Part shown: positions 29,929 through 39,268 of the stretch, piece by piece
Layout of the letters: each line of letters opens with the position of its first letter
How positions within the stretch are numbered: the stretch's first letter is position 1
NCBI GenBank assembly: GCA_031431875.1
Contig: JANPEF010000106.1
Span: 44,680 to 108,679 of the forward strand
Direction: 5' to 3'
DNA length: 64,000 nt
Source of the DNA: Candidatus Eiseniibacteriota bacterium
Lineage (GTDB): Bacteria > Eisenbacteria > RBG-16-71-46 > DASYSL01
Notes under the pieces: model-generated
What the model was told of the DNA's origin: nothing
The model's database searches: none
The model's input: only the letters and a program-made list of their open reading frames with translations
Translations under genes and position numbers: made by a program

Positions 29929-32337
29929 ATGCGGTTGCACGTGTGCCTCCCGAATCCTCATTTCATCCGCACCGTGCTCGTGGGGCCCTTGTCGGCTCTC
30001 CTCGGCTTTCTCATACAGCCGCCTACTGTTCAGTCCGGGGAGGCCTCGCTCGAATTCGCCGTCAGTACGCGAAGCCCAAGCGAGAACGGGCCCAAGATCG
30101 TGCTCGCAGACAATCGGCAGGTTGCCATGTGGTCGGTGAGCACTTCGCGTGTCCGGGTCGATTGGGCGGAATCCCTCGACGATGGGGCAAGCTGGCGAAT
30201 CGGGGCAAAGCTCCCACTGCGGGACCCCGTCAGCCATGGCATCAATGGACTCCCGGCGCTATGCGGTACCGCGTCGGGCACCGGCTATGCGGCGGTGTTC
30301 TATATCGGAGAGGGCTTCCAGGAGACTCTGGCGATCTATCGAGGGGATCCCGCCGGCGATTCCCTGGTGTGGTCGGGTCCGACCTACGCCGTGCCGCTGA
30401 CCCCTCAAGTCGTGGAGGCGAGGAACTACGACGCTCCCGACCTGCGCTGGAATTCGACCTCGGGCACGCTCTATCTCGCCTTTGCGCGCGTTGACGGACC
30501 GAGCTCGGAAAGCACGATCCAATTTGTCCGCTCGACCGACGGCGGCGCCACCTGGAGCGCGCCGCTCTCCTTGAGCACGAGCGAGTGCAATGGGCCACGC
30601 CTGGCGATCGGCCCCGACGGCGAGTTCTACGTGGTCTGGAACGACCTGCGGCAGCAGAAGATCCTGGGACGGCGCTCCACCGATGACGGGCTCAGCTTCG
30701 GCAGCACCTTCGTTTGCGGCTCGATCGAGGACAACCGCGGCGCCGCTCCGCCCGGGTACGTCGAGAATACGCAGCGGATCTATCAGGTCGCATTTCCTGC
30801 GATCGACGTGGATCAGACGACCGGCGTCACCCGCGGACGGGTCTACGTCGCCTGGCCCGAGCGCGCGAGCGGTACGGTGACGGGCACCTTCCGGGGCGAG
30901 TTCGAGTGGGAGCCCAACGGGAACCTCTCGACGGCGACGCCGATTGTCTTCGGAACCGAAGCCTCCGGGATCGCGAACTCCTCGGACTCCGCGCCCTTCG
31001 AGCTCGATTACGACGTCTTCAGCTTCGAGGGCGAGGCCGGAACGATCGTCTGGATCGACGGCCGAGTCACAAGTACCGCGCCCTTGAGCAAGAGTCTGGA
31101 ATGGGTAAGCTACGAAGTCCTCTGCGGGGAGGACACGCTGCAGACCGTGCAGCTGGCCAGGGGCAGGTGGGGCGACGTGCGTGCGGACTCGGCGACGGCG
31201 AGCCGCGACAACCAGCCCGCCGTGTTCACCCTGCCGAGGAGCGGGACCTACTACATCCGGACGCTGACCGCGGGCGGGCAGTACTCCCTCTTCTACCGCT
31301 TCTCGCTCGTGACCTTGCTGCCGGATCCTTCGTCCGTGGCCCGCGACAGCCGCGACATCGTTCTCGTCAGCTCCCCGGATGGGGGAGTCACCTGGCAGAA
31401 CAAGATCCGGGTGAATGACGATCCGTCCCTCTATGACAACGCACTGCCCGCGGTCGCGGTGGACCGCTCCGGGGCGGTGCACGTGGCCTGGTATGGCCGT
31501 CGCGACGACCCCGTCTGCGGCTTCTTCGCCGACACGTATCTCTCGCGCATGGAACCCGGGGGCCAGTTCCTCGCGGCCCAGCGGCTGAGCACGACATCGA
31601 GCAACTGGCGGCGCACGACCCAGGTCTCGAACATCGGCGACGGGTTGACCCTGCTGGCGGGGACGGCGTCCCTGTACTGCCTGTGGACCGACTTCCGAGG
31701 CGCAACGACCGATATCTATGGAGCGAAGCTGGTCACCGACGGGCCCACGGAGGCCCGCTCCTTCCTCCAGGCCGAGCGCCTTCAGACCGGAGTTCGACTG
31801 ACCTGGCGCTTCGCCGGGCAAGCCGATCCGGACCCTCTCGTCCACTGCCGGCCACACCGGGCAGTTGCAGGCTCGGAGGAGTTCGTGCCTCTCCTCGCGG
31901 AGCCCTTGTCGCTCGAGCGGGAGGCCACTCAGTGGGACGATCCGTCGGCGCTGCTCGACTCGAGCTATGACTACAAGCTCGAACTCTTTCGCGCCTCCGG
32001 TCATGCCGAGTGGAGCGAGATCGTGACGATCGAGGCGGAACTTCGTCCCCCTTTGCTCTCCTGGATGTCGGTGGCGCCGAATCCCCTTCGCGGGCCCGTC
32101 GAGGCCGTGCTCGTCACCTCGAGGACCGGCGAAGGACGAGTCGACGTCTATGACGTCCGGGGGGTTCGCGTCGCGACTCTGCACCACGGCCGAGTGCCCG
32201 CGGGTCGGCTGACGCTCTCGTGGAACGGCCAAGGCGCCCAGGGTCGTGTTTCCGCGGGGATCTACTTCCTGCACGCTCAACTCGGCTCCGAGACTGCCAC
32301 AGCAAAACTCCACCAGCTCGACACCACGGCGCGGTAG
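29929..32337 (+). CDS. Secreted Asp-box (BNR) propeller protein with PPC-like insert and FlgD-like CTD
   Basis: Asp-boxes SLDDGASW, STDGGATW, STDDGLSF, SPDGGVTW; EWEPNG..DYDVFSF..SGTYYIR; CTD APNP..VYDVRGVRV..WNG..SAGIYF. Start uncertain. Confidence 0.8.
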   Translation: MRLHVCLPNPHFIRTVLVGPLSALLGFLIQPPTVQSGEASLEFAVSTRSPSENGPKIVLADNRQVAMWSVSTSRVRVDWAESLDDGASWRIGAKLPLRDPVSHGINGLPALCGTASGTGYAAVFYIGEGFQETLAIYRGDPAGDSLVWSGPTYAVPLTPQVVEARNYDAPDLRWNSTSGTLYLAFARVDGPSSESTIQFVRSTDGGATWSAPLSLSTSECNGPRLAIGPDGEFYVVWNDLRQQKILGRRSTDDGLSFGSTFVCGSIEDNRGAAPPGYVENTQRIYQVAFPAIDVDQTTGVTRGRVYVAWPERASGTVTGTFRGEFEWEPNGNLSTATPIVFGTEASGIANSSDSAPFELDYDVFSFEGEAGTIVWIDGRVTSTAPLSKSLEWVSYEVLCGEDTLQTVQLARGRWGDVRADSATASRDNQPAVFTLPRSGTYYIRTLTAGGQYSLFYRFSLVTLLPDPSSVARDSRDIVLVSSPDGGVTWQNKIRVNDDPSLYDNALPAVAVDRSGAVHVAWYGRRDDPVCGFFADTYLSRMEPGGQFLAAQRLSTTSSNWRRTTQVSNIGDGLTLLAGTASLYCLWTDFRGATTDIYGAKLVTDGPTEARSFLQAERLQTGVRLTWRFAGQADPDPLVHCRPHRAVAGSEEFVPLLAEPLSLEREATQWDDPSALLDSSYDYKLELFRASGHAEWSEIVTIEAELRPPLLSWMSVAPNPLRGPVEAVLVTSRTGEGRVDVYDVRGVRVATLHHGRVPAGRLTLSWNGQGAQGRVSAGIYFLHAQLGSETATAKLHQLDTTAR

Positions 32338-32376
32338 ACAAGGAAGTCGAACCTCACAGCTACTCACGGAGGCGTC

Positions 32377-35300
32377 ATGCGCCGGTTGACTGGTGGTTCG
32401 TCCGCTGCGGCGGCAGTGGTCGTGCTTTGCGGCATCCTGGCTGCGAGTCGGGACAGCTTCGCGTCGCTTCAGGACACGGGACGGTGGGAGACAAGCGCCA
32501 TCGAGCTTGGAGCCCAGGCGACGCACATGTGCATGCTCCGAGGCGATGGCGACAGTACGAAGATTGCCTACTGGCACAGTGGACAAGTCGACGCGCGGAT
32601 GTGGGACCCGTCGGATGCCAGTTCTGCGCGACGCTTCCCATCGCCCAATCCAATCTTTTGTGCCGGACACTCGATGCTCTCCGATGGTCGACTCCTCGTG
32701 ACCGGAGGGACGGAAGGGAACGTTGGCTCCATTGGGCTCCGGCCCAGCACTCTCTTCAATCCACGCCGATCGCAATGGGCCGGACAGGGGCCCTGGCGAA
32801 GTGGTCCCTCCGCGACCCACGGCCGCTGGTATCCGACCAACGTCACACTGGGAAACGGCAAGGTGTGGACCTTCTCGGGAAACAAATATAGCCAGCTCAT
32901 CGCATATGGCGGTCACGACGGGACGAGCACGCTGTCCGCCGTGAAGCCGCTCACCATGACCACGACACCAGCCTGGAAGAGCGAAGTGTCCGGAATGCCC
33001 GCGCGGACGAACCACTCCGCCATCCAATGGCATGACAAGCAGCGCACGATCGTATTTGGTGGCCGATCCGGAACAACGCTCTACGACGAGATCTGGGAAC
33101 TGCAGTACTTGCGATACGATGATCAGAGCGAGGACCTCTGGTCCGCGCAGAAGCTCTCACCAGGCTACGACCCGGCACTTGGCTCCACGTTGGGCTATCC
33201 GTCTGCACGCGAGAATCACGGCGCCATCGTGGACCCTGCGACTGCAGCCATGTTCATCTATGGCGGGCGAAACGCATCGGGCACCGCTCTTTCCGACCTG
33301 TGGATGCTGGACCTCGATGCAATCTCCCTGCAGTGGAAGCGGGTGTCGGACGCTGCCGACCCCGGAGCGCGCTATGGCCATAGCTGCGTGTACGATCGGG
33401 GAGCGACGGACGCTGGTCGCCAGATGCTTGTCTTCGGTGGCGCGACGAGCAGCACCCAGCTCGCCACGACGTCGGTCTGGGCTCTCTCTCTGGAGGGTTC
33501 AACGTATAGCTGGAGCACTCCCACTCTGCAGGTGGGAAGCCCTGTTCCGGACGCGCGGTACGGTCACGCGGCGTCGTTTGACGGCATCACTCGGCCACAT
33601 GGCCAGCCGGCAAAGAACGCAAGGCGCATGCTGCTCGTGGGTGGGCGGCAAGACGAAAGCAGCGTCATCGAAAGCGATGCTATCTGGAACTTGTGGATTC
33701 CTCAAGACGGCTCGGCTCCCTACTGGCAAAGCGTGATCCCGGCTACCCCGCGTCCGGAGCGTCGTGCAAATGCTGCGCTCGCATTCGACGGGGCGAGCGG
33801 CCAGTTCGTGCTCACGGGCGGCGAACGGCCTTCAACCATCTACGGAAATACCTGGGCCCTTCGGCGCCTCAGTCCCTGCGACGGGAGCGCCCTGTGTGAC
33901 ATTGATCCTTACTGGATCGAAGTGGCGACTTCGAGCGGACCAAGACCGCGGAAGGGGGCCACAGCCGTAGTCGATGCGACTGGCGTCTTCGCGCGAATTC
34001 CCGAAGAGTTTAGCTCCAGCGGCAGCGGAAGTTGGACCGAACTCGCCACAGGGTTTCCCAAGTGGCAGCTCTTGTATCCGTTCATGCACCTCCTGCCCAG
34101 CGGATACCTGTTTGAATCCGGACCAACCAACCCACAGCTGCTCAACCCGCAGTCGGGATGGATTGCCACGGAATATGACGCAGGCTTCATCGGTGGTTCG
34201 AGCGTGATGTATGCGCCTAACAAGGTGATGAAGTGCGGTGGCCCGCTCTCCGCCTCAAGTAAGCTGGCGATTCCCGTGACGAAGTACATTGAGTTCAATG
34301 GTAGTCCGCCTTCCGGCGGGTGGCAGTCAGCAGCCATTATGACATTTGCGAGACAGGATCACAACTTGACAATGCTACCCGATGGAAGGGTGCTCGCGAC
34401 GGGAGGTGTCGGCACGAACGGTGATATTAATACGGCCGTAAAGATCCCCGAAATCTGGGACCCCGCTTCTCATCTCTGGGAGAACGACTTCGAGCTGCCG
34501 GAAGACCCATCGGCCCGTGGATACCACGCCGTCGCCATACTGCTGCCAGATGCGCGAGTCATGACCGCAGGTGGTGATGGCGTTGGGGCCTACCAGCTCA
34601 AGGGAACGATTTACTCCCCTGGCTATCTGTTCAGCGGGGAAGATCTGGCTGTGCGACCGGCCATTACGCGCGCGCCTTCCGTCATGGGCTATGGGCATCA
34701 ACGCATGGTTTGCGTCGACAACGTGGGGGCTATTGGTAGTGTGTGCCTGATTCGTCCCGGCGCGGTCACCCACTCGTTCGACCAGAGTCAGCGTTATGTG
34801 CCTCTCTCGTTCAGCACGTGTTCGAGTGGGCTTCTGGTGACGACGCCAGCCGACGAGAACGCCGCTCCTCCGGGTGACTATCTGCTCTTTGTCCTCAATA
34901 CGGCCGGCGTACCCTCAGTCGCCAAGTGGGTCCGCGTGCAGAGTGATGCTACAACGGAAGGTTGCGACAACACGGCGCCCGCGGCGGCGGGGAGCTTCAC
35001 GGCCGATCCACAGACAGGCCGCTATTCGGTGAAGCTGACCTGGACCGGGCCCGGCGACGATGGTACCTCGGGCACTCCGGTGGAGTTCGATTTGAGGCAA
35101 TCAACGGCGGCCATTACGGAATCGAACTTCGGCCTTGCCAACCGCATCACGGCGAATGTGCCCATTCCTGGATCGGGTCAGACGCAGTACTGCATGGAAG
35201 TGGACTACCTCGCCCCCTGTCAGACGCACTACTTCCGGCTCAAGGCAATGGATGATGGGTGCAATTGGAGCCCGCTGAGTGCCGTCGCCTCCGCCACGAC

Positions 35301-36561
35301 CACCTGCTCCGGGTATACCGCGGTTCTCTGCGACGGCGGCGGCCTCCTGGGCGGCGGCGGTGGGGAAGGCGGAGAGGGCGCACAAGCCATGCGCCTGGCC
35401 TCGACCGGTTCGGGCTCGATCGTCTCGGCCGAGGAGGCAAGCGGCGACAACAGCCTGCTCTGGGCCGGTGACGGGGCATTCGTCGCGGATCTCCATCACC
35501 TCGGATCTTCAGCTCGCGAGCGCGGCGGGTCGTACGGGGTGCGCCTGCAGCAGGCGGGAAGCTGGCGGTCGGCGATCGACCGGCTGAGTGTCGGGATCGT
35601 GGATCATGATCCCGGAGTTGAGGCCTTCGCGGAAAGTGACAGCGTTCTTCTCGGGACGGTCGAACCCGTCAGCGGGGTGACGGACGCGACCGGTGCGGCC
35701 GTCACCTTGGGTCGGGGGCAGGAATCGGGCGAGTCGCTTGTGGGCCGGGCTGGGGACCAGTTCCTCGTGCAACTCAACGGCGGCCCGAGTTCTGCCCTCG
35801 TCCTCGAATCGAAGGCCCCGGCCCCACGGCCGGGAACGAGTTCCGGAGGCATTCTCGTCCAAAGCCCGAGCCCGGAAGGCGGCTGGGTCACCCTCTCCGA
35901 GGTGCAACCGAGGCGGAAGTTCGCCCGGCGCGCCGTGCGGACCGATGGAAGCAGCCTTCTTCGGCTGGTCTTCCTGCGCGATTGCGAGCTGAGATCCCTA
36001 TCACAGTTGACGGTGATGGATGCCGTCTCACCTCAGCCGCTCGAACTGGCCGGGGCCAACCACTCGAGCCAGGGAGAAGTCGGAGACGCCCTCAGCCAAA
36101 CGGATGGATCGACCTCCTCCCTGATGCCCGGCGATACGCTGGGCCTCTCATTCCATCTGCCACCAAGGAATTCGATTCAAACTCGGGATGTCTTCCTCAC
36201 GGTCCGGGGCGCACTCGAGCCGGCCACGACGACGGGATCCGCGGAGATCGCTCGGGAGTCCTCCACACCTGAAGTCGCGTGGGCGTTCGCACTCGGCGGT
36301 GCAAGGCCGAATCCGAGCTTCGGCACGGTCTTGATCGACTACACGTTGGCCCACAAGACTCGAGTCAATCTCCGCGTCTATGACGCCCTGGGACGACTCG
36401 TGCGGACGGTCGTAAACGAGGAACGCCCGGCCGGTCCACAGTCGGTCTCCTGGGATGGGCGCACGGACCGGGGTCAGGCCGTTGCGGCGGGCATCTACTT
36501 CTACCGCATGGACACTACCGGCTGGCACAGCGAGCGGAAGCTGATCGTTCTGCAGAAGTGA
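32377..36561 (+). CDS. Secreted copper-radical oxidase (AA5, galactose/glyoxal oxidase-like) with extra kelch repeats, Fn3 and FlgD-like CTD
   Basis: GGAGG RBS; FCAGH, RWYPT, RGYHAVAILLPD, GAVTHSFD, APPGDYLLF, GVPS; Fn3 LTWTGPGDDG; CTD PNP..VYDALGRLV..WDGRTDRG..AGIYFY. Confidence 0.88.
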   Translation: MRRLTGGSSAAAAVVVLCGILAASRDSFASLQDTGRWETSAIELGAQATHMCMLRGDGDSTKIAYWHSGQVDARMWDPSDASSARRFPSPNPIFCAGHSMLSDGRLLVTGGTEGNVGSIGLRPSTLFNPRRSQWAGQGPWRSGPSATHGRWYPTNVTLGNGKVWTFSGNKYSQLIAYGGHDGTSTLSAVKPLTMTTTPAWKSEVSGMPARTNHSAIQWHDKQRTIVFGGRSGTTLYDEIWELQYLRYDDQSEDLWSAQKLSPGYDPALGSTLGYPSARENHGAIVDPATAAMFIYGGRNASGTALSDLWMLDLDAISLQWKRVSDAADPGARYGHSCVYDRGATDAGRQMLVFGGATSSTQLATTSVWALSLEGSTYSWSTPTLQVGSPVPDARYGHAASFDGITRPHGQPAKNARRMLLVGGRQDESSVIESDAIWNLWIPQDGSAPYWQSVIPATPRPERRANAALAFDGASGQFVLTGGERPSTIYGNTWALRRLSPCDGSALCDIDPYWIEVATSSGPRPRKGATAVVDATGVFARIPEEFSSSGSGSWTELATGFPKWQLLYPFMHLLPSGYLFESGPTNPQLLNPQSGWIATEYDAGFIGGSSVMYAPNKVMKCGGPLSASSKLAIPVTKYIEFNGSPPSGGWQSAAIMTFARQDHNLTMLPDGRVLATGGVGTNGDINTAVKIPEIWDPASHLWENDFELPEDPSARGYHAVAILLPDARVMTAGGDGVGAYQLKGTIYSPGYLFSGEDLAVRPAITRAPSVMGYGHQRMVCVDNVGAIGSVCLIRPGAVTHSFDQSQRYVPLSFSTCSSGLLVTTPADENAAPPGDYLLFVLNTAGVPSVAKWVRVQSDATTEGCDNTAPAAAGSFTADPQTGRYSVKLTWTGPGDDGTSGTPVEFDLRQSTAAITESNFGLANRITANVPIPGSGQTQYCMEVDYLAPCQTHYFRLKAMDDGCNWSPLSAVASATTTCSGYTAVLCDGGGLLGGGGGEGGEGAQAMRLASTGSGSIVSAEEASGDNSLLWAGDGAFVADLHHLGSSARERGGSYGVRLQQAGSWRSAIDRLSVGIVDHDPGVEAFAESDSVLLGTVEPVSGVTDATGAAVTLGRGQESGESLVGRAGDQFLVQLNGGPSSALVLESKAPAPRPGTSSGGILVQSPSPEGGWVTLSEVQPRRKFARRAVRTDGSSLLRLVFLRDCELRSLSQLTVMDAVSPQPLELAGANHSSQGEVGDALSQTDGSTSSLMPGDTLGLSFHLPPRNSIQTRDVFLTVRGALEPATTTGSAEIARESSTPEVAWAFALGGARPNPSFGTVLIDYTLAHKTRVNLRVYDALGRLVRTVVNEERPAGPQSVSWDGRTDRGQAVAAGIYFYRMDTTGWHSERKLIVLQK

Positions 36562-37024
36562 AGTGGCGTTGTGTCGAGTGGGCCGCGTCCGGGCCATGAG
36601 CGCGCCGGCCCGTCGGACGCGGCGAGAAGAAGGTCACGCCGAGTGGCCAGAATGGGGATGATCCTAGAGGGAATGGCTGGGGTGTGCCCCGAGCGAGTGG
36701 AGGATCTGCGTAATCCGGGCGCGGGAGAGACCTTCACGGCGAGCGAGGGCCGCCCGGGATGGGATCGATCCGTTCGCGAGCTCGTGCCGCCAGGCCCCCG
36801 CGCGGTCAGCCTTTTCGGCCCGAATCCGACTGGGGGGAAGAGCCCGGGGCCGGGTCTCGTCCCACTCGGACTCAGGGCGCAGGCGGTGAAAAACGCGAAA
36901 TATCGCGAATTCCGGGCCGAATCGCCCGTTCGTACACTGGGCAACCCGGGGAGCCGAGTAGGACTCGAACCGACGGCGATCTCGTTGCTGATTTGCGATC
37001 TACACTTCGGTCAAGTAGCTCTTG

Positions 37025-37190
37025 GGTGCTATTCAGCGCGGAGCAGTCGCTCGGGGTTCGCGAGTTCCTGTGGGACGGGCGCGACGAGGCGGGGCGAACT
37101 GTGTCCGCGGGCGCCTGCTTCTACTGGCTTCAGGCCGATTGTGCCTCGCACGTTCAGCGGGACGGGAGTTCTGTTCAGTGTCGGACCAAG
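37025..37190 (+). pseudogene. Relic FlgD-like/T9SS CTD coding sequence
   Basis: LFSAEQSLGVREFLWDGRDEAGRTVSAGACFYWLQAD with no attached passenger domain. Confidence 0.6.
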
Positions 37191-37201
37191 GAGGGCGAGC
37201 G

Positions 37202-38224
37202 ATGAGAGTCGGCATCCTGACCGGCGGAGGCGACTGCCCGGGCCTCAACGCCGTGCTGCGTGGCTTCGTGCTGCGTCATGTCCAGAACGGCGGCGAGACG
37301 GTCGGCTTCCTGCGCGGGTGGCGGGGCGTGCTCGACGGTCTGGTCCGGCCGCTGGCGCCCGCCGACGTCGAGGAACTGTGGAACGTCGGCGGCACGGTGC
37401 TGGGCACCTCGCGCACCAATCCGCTCAAGACCGAGGGCGGCCTCGAGGCCGTCCGCACGACCTGGACGGCGCAGCGGCTCGACGCGCTGGTGGCCATCGG
37501 CGGCGACGACACGCTGGGCGTGGCGACGAAGCTGGCCGCGGCCGGCCTGTCCGTCATCGGCGTGCCCAAGACGATCGACAACGACCTCTCCGGCACCGAC
37601 TACACATTCGGTTTCGACACGGCGATCAATATCTGCGCCGAGGCGCTCGATCGCCTGCACACCACGGCCCGCTCGCACGGTCGGACGTTCGTGGTCGAGG
37701 TGATGGGCCGCCAGGCCGGCTGGATCGGCGCCTACGCGGGGCTCGCCGGCGGCGCGCACGTCACGTTGCTGCCCGAGTTTCCGATCGACGTCGCCGCGGT
37801 TTGTGGCGTGGTGTCGCGCCGCAAGGCGCAGGGCCTCTACACGATCATCGTCGTCTCCGAAGGCGCCGCCCTCGGCACGTCCGGCGAGATCACCGTCTCG
37901 ACCGAGACCGACGCGTTCGGCCACGCCCGCCTCGGCGGCATCGCCGAGCGCCTGGCGGCGCGCATCGAGCAGGAGACCGGCGTCGAGGTGCGCAGCACGG
38001 TGCTCGGCCACATCCAGCGGGGCGGTGCGCCCTCGGCGTACGACCGCGTGCTGGCGACGCGGTTCGGCGTGCGGGCGGCCGACCTCGTGCAGGAAGGGCA
38101 GTTCGGCGTCATGGTCGCGCTGCGCGGCACGGGGATCGTGACCGTCCCGCTGGCCGAGGCGACCGGCACGCTGAAGCAGGTTCCACGTTCGTTCTATGAC
38201 ATGATCCAGGGCGTCTCGGGCTGA
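37202..38224 (+). CDS. 6-phosphofructokinase (probably PPi-dependent)
   Basis: ILTGGGDCPGLNA, GGTVLGTSR, GGDDT, PKTIDND, EVMGR, LGHIQRGG; AAGGAGG RBS. Confidence 0.93.
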   Translation: MRVGILTGGGDCPGLNAVLRGFVLRHVQNGGETVGFLRGWRGVLDGLVRPLAPADVEELWNVGGTVLGTSRTNPLKTEGGLEAVRTTWTAQRLDALVAIGGDDTLGVATKLAAAGLSVIGVPKTIDNDLSGTDYTFGFDTAINICAEALDRLHTTARSHGRTFVVEVMGRQAGWIGAYAGLAGGAHVTLLPEFPIDVAAVCGVVSRRKAQGLYTIIVVSEGAALGTSGEITVSTETDAFGHARLGGIAERLAARIEQETGVEVRSTVLGHIQRGGAPSAYDRVLATRFGVRAADLVQEGQFGVMVALRGTGIVTVPLAEATGTLKQVPRSFYDMIQGVSG

Positions 38225-38243
38225 ATCACGACGGAGGTCGCGG

Positions 38244-39242
38244 ATGGCGGTGAAGGTGGGGATCAACGGTTTCGGGCGCATCGGTCGCCTGGTCGTGCGG
38301 GCGGCGAAGAAGCGCGGCGCGGCGATCGACTTCGTGGCCGTCAACGACGTCACCGACGCGCCGACGCTGGCGCACCTGCTGCAGTACGACTCGGTGCACG
38401 GCACCTGGCCCGAGGCCGTGACCGCCGAGGGCGACTCGATCCGGATCGGCGACGACGTCATTCGCGTGCTCAAGGTGAGGGATCCTGCCGAGCTGCCGTG
38501 GAAGGACCTGGGCGTCGACGTCGTGCTCGAGGCGACCGGCCTGTTCACCGACCGCGACAAGGCGATCGCGCACCGCACCGCCGGTGCGCGCGTCGTCGCC
38601 GTCTCGGCGCCGGCCAAGGGCGCCGACTCGACGATCGTGCTGGGCGTCAACGACGCGGCCTACGTGAAGGGCAAGCACGAGGTCGTCTCGGTCGCGTCGT
38701 GCACCACGAACTGCCTCGCGCCGGTGGCCAAGGTATTGCACGAGCACTTCGGCATCGAGCGCGGCTTCATGACCACGACCCACGCCTACACCAACGACCA
38801 GAAGATCCTCGACCTGCCGCACAAGGACCTGCGCCGCGCCCGTGCGGCGGCGTGCAACATGATCCCCACCTCGACCGGCGCGGCGAAGGCGATCGGCCTG
38901 GTGCTGCCGGAGCTGGCCGGCCGCCTCGACGGCGTGGCCATGCGCGTCCCGGTCCCGGATGGCTCGGTCGTCGACCTGACCTGCATCGTGAAGAAGCCGA
39001 CCGACGCGAAGGCGGTCAACGCCGCGTTCGCCGCCGCCGCCGCCGCCGGCCCGCTGGCCGGCATCCTGCGTTACACCGAGGCGCCGCTCGTCTCGAGTGA
39101 CATCATCGGCGATCCGCATTCGTCGATCGTGGACGGGCAACTGACCGCGGTGCTCGACGGCACGATGGTGAAGGTGTTTTCCTGGTACGACAACGAGTGG
39201 GGCTTCTCCAACCGCGTCGTCGACCTGCTCGGGCGCCTCTAG
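38244..39242 (+). CDS. gap: Glyceraldehyde-3-phosphate dehydrogenase
   Basis: GINGFGRIGR, ASCTTNCL, PTSTGAAKA, WYDNEWG. Confidence 0.98.
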   Translation: MAVKVGINGFGRIGRLVVRAAKKRGAAIDFVAVNDVTDAPTLAHLLQYDSVHGTWPEAVTAEGDSIRIGDDVIRVLKVRDPAELPWKDLGVDVVLEATGLFTDRDKAIAHRTAGARVVAVSAPAKGADSTIVLGVNDAAYVKGKHEVVSVASCTTNCLAPVAKVLHEHFGIERGFMTTTHAYTNDQKILDLPHKDLRRARAAACNMIPTSTGAAKAIGLVLPELAGRLDGVAMRVPVPDGSVVDLTCIVKKPTDAKAVNAAFAAAAAAGPLAGILRYTEAPLVSSDIIGDPHSSIVDGQLTAVLDGTMVKVFSWYDNEWGFSNRVVDLLGRL

Positions 39243-39268
39243 GCGTCGTTCTCCTTCCGGGAGGCTCC

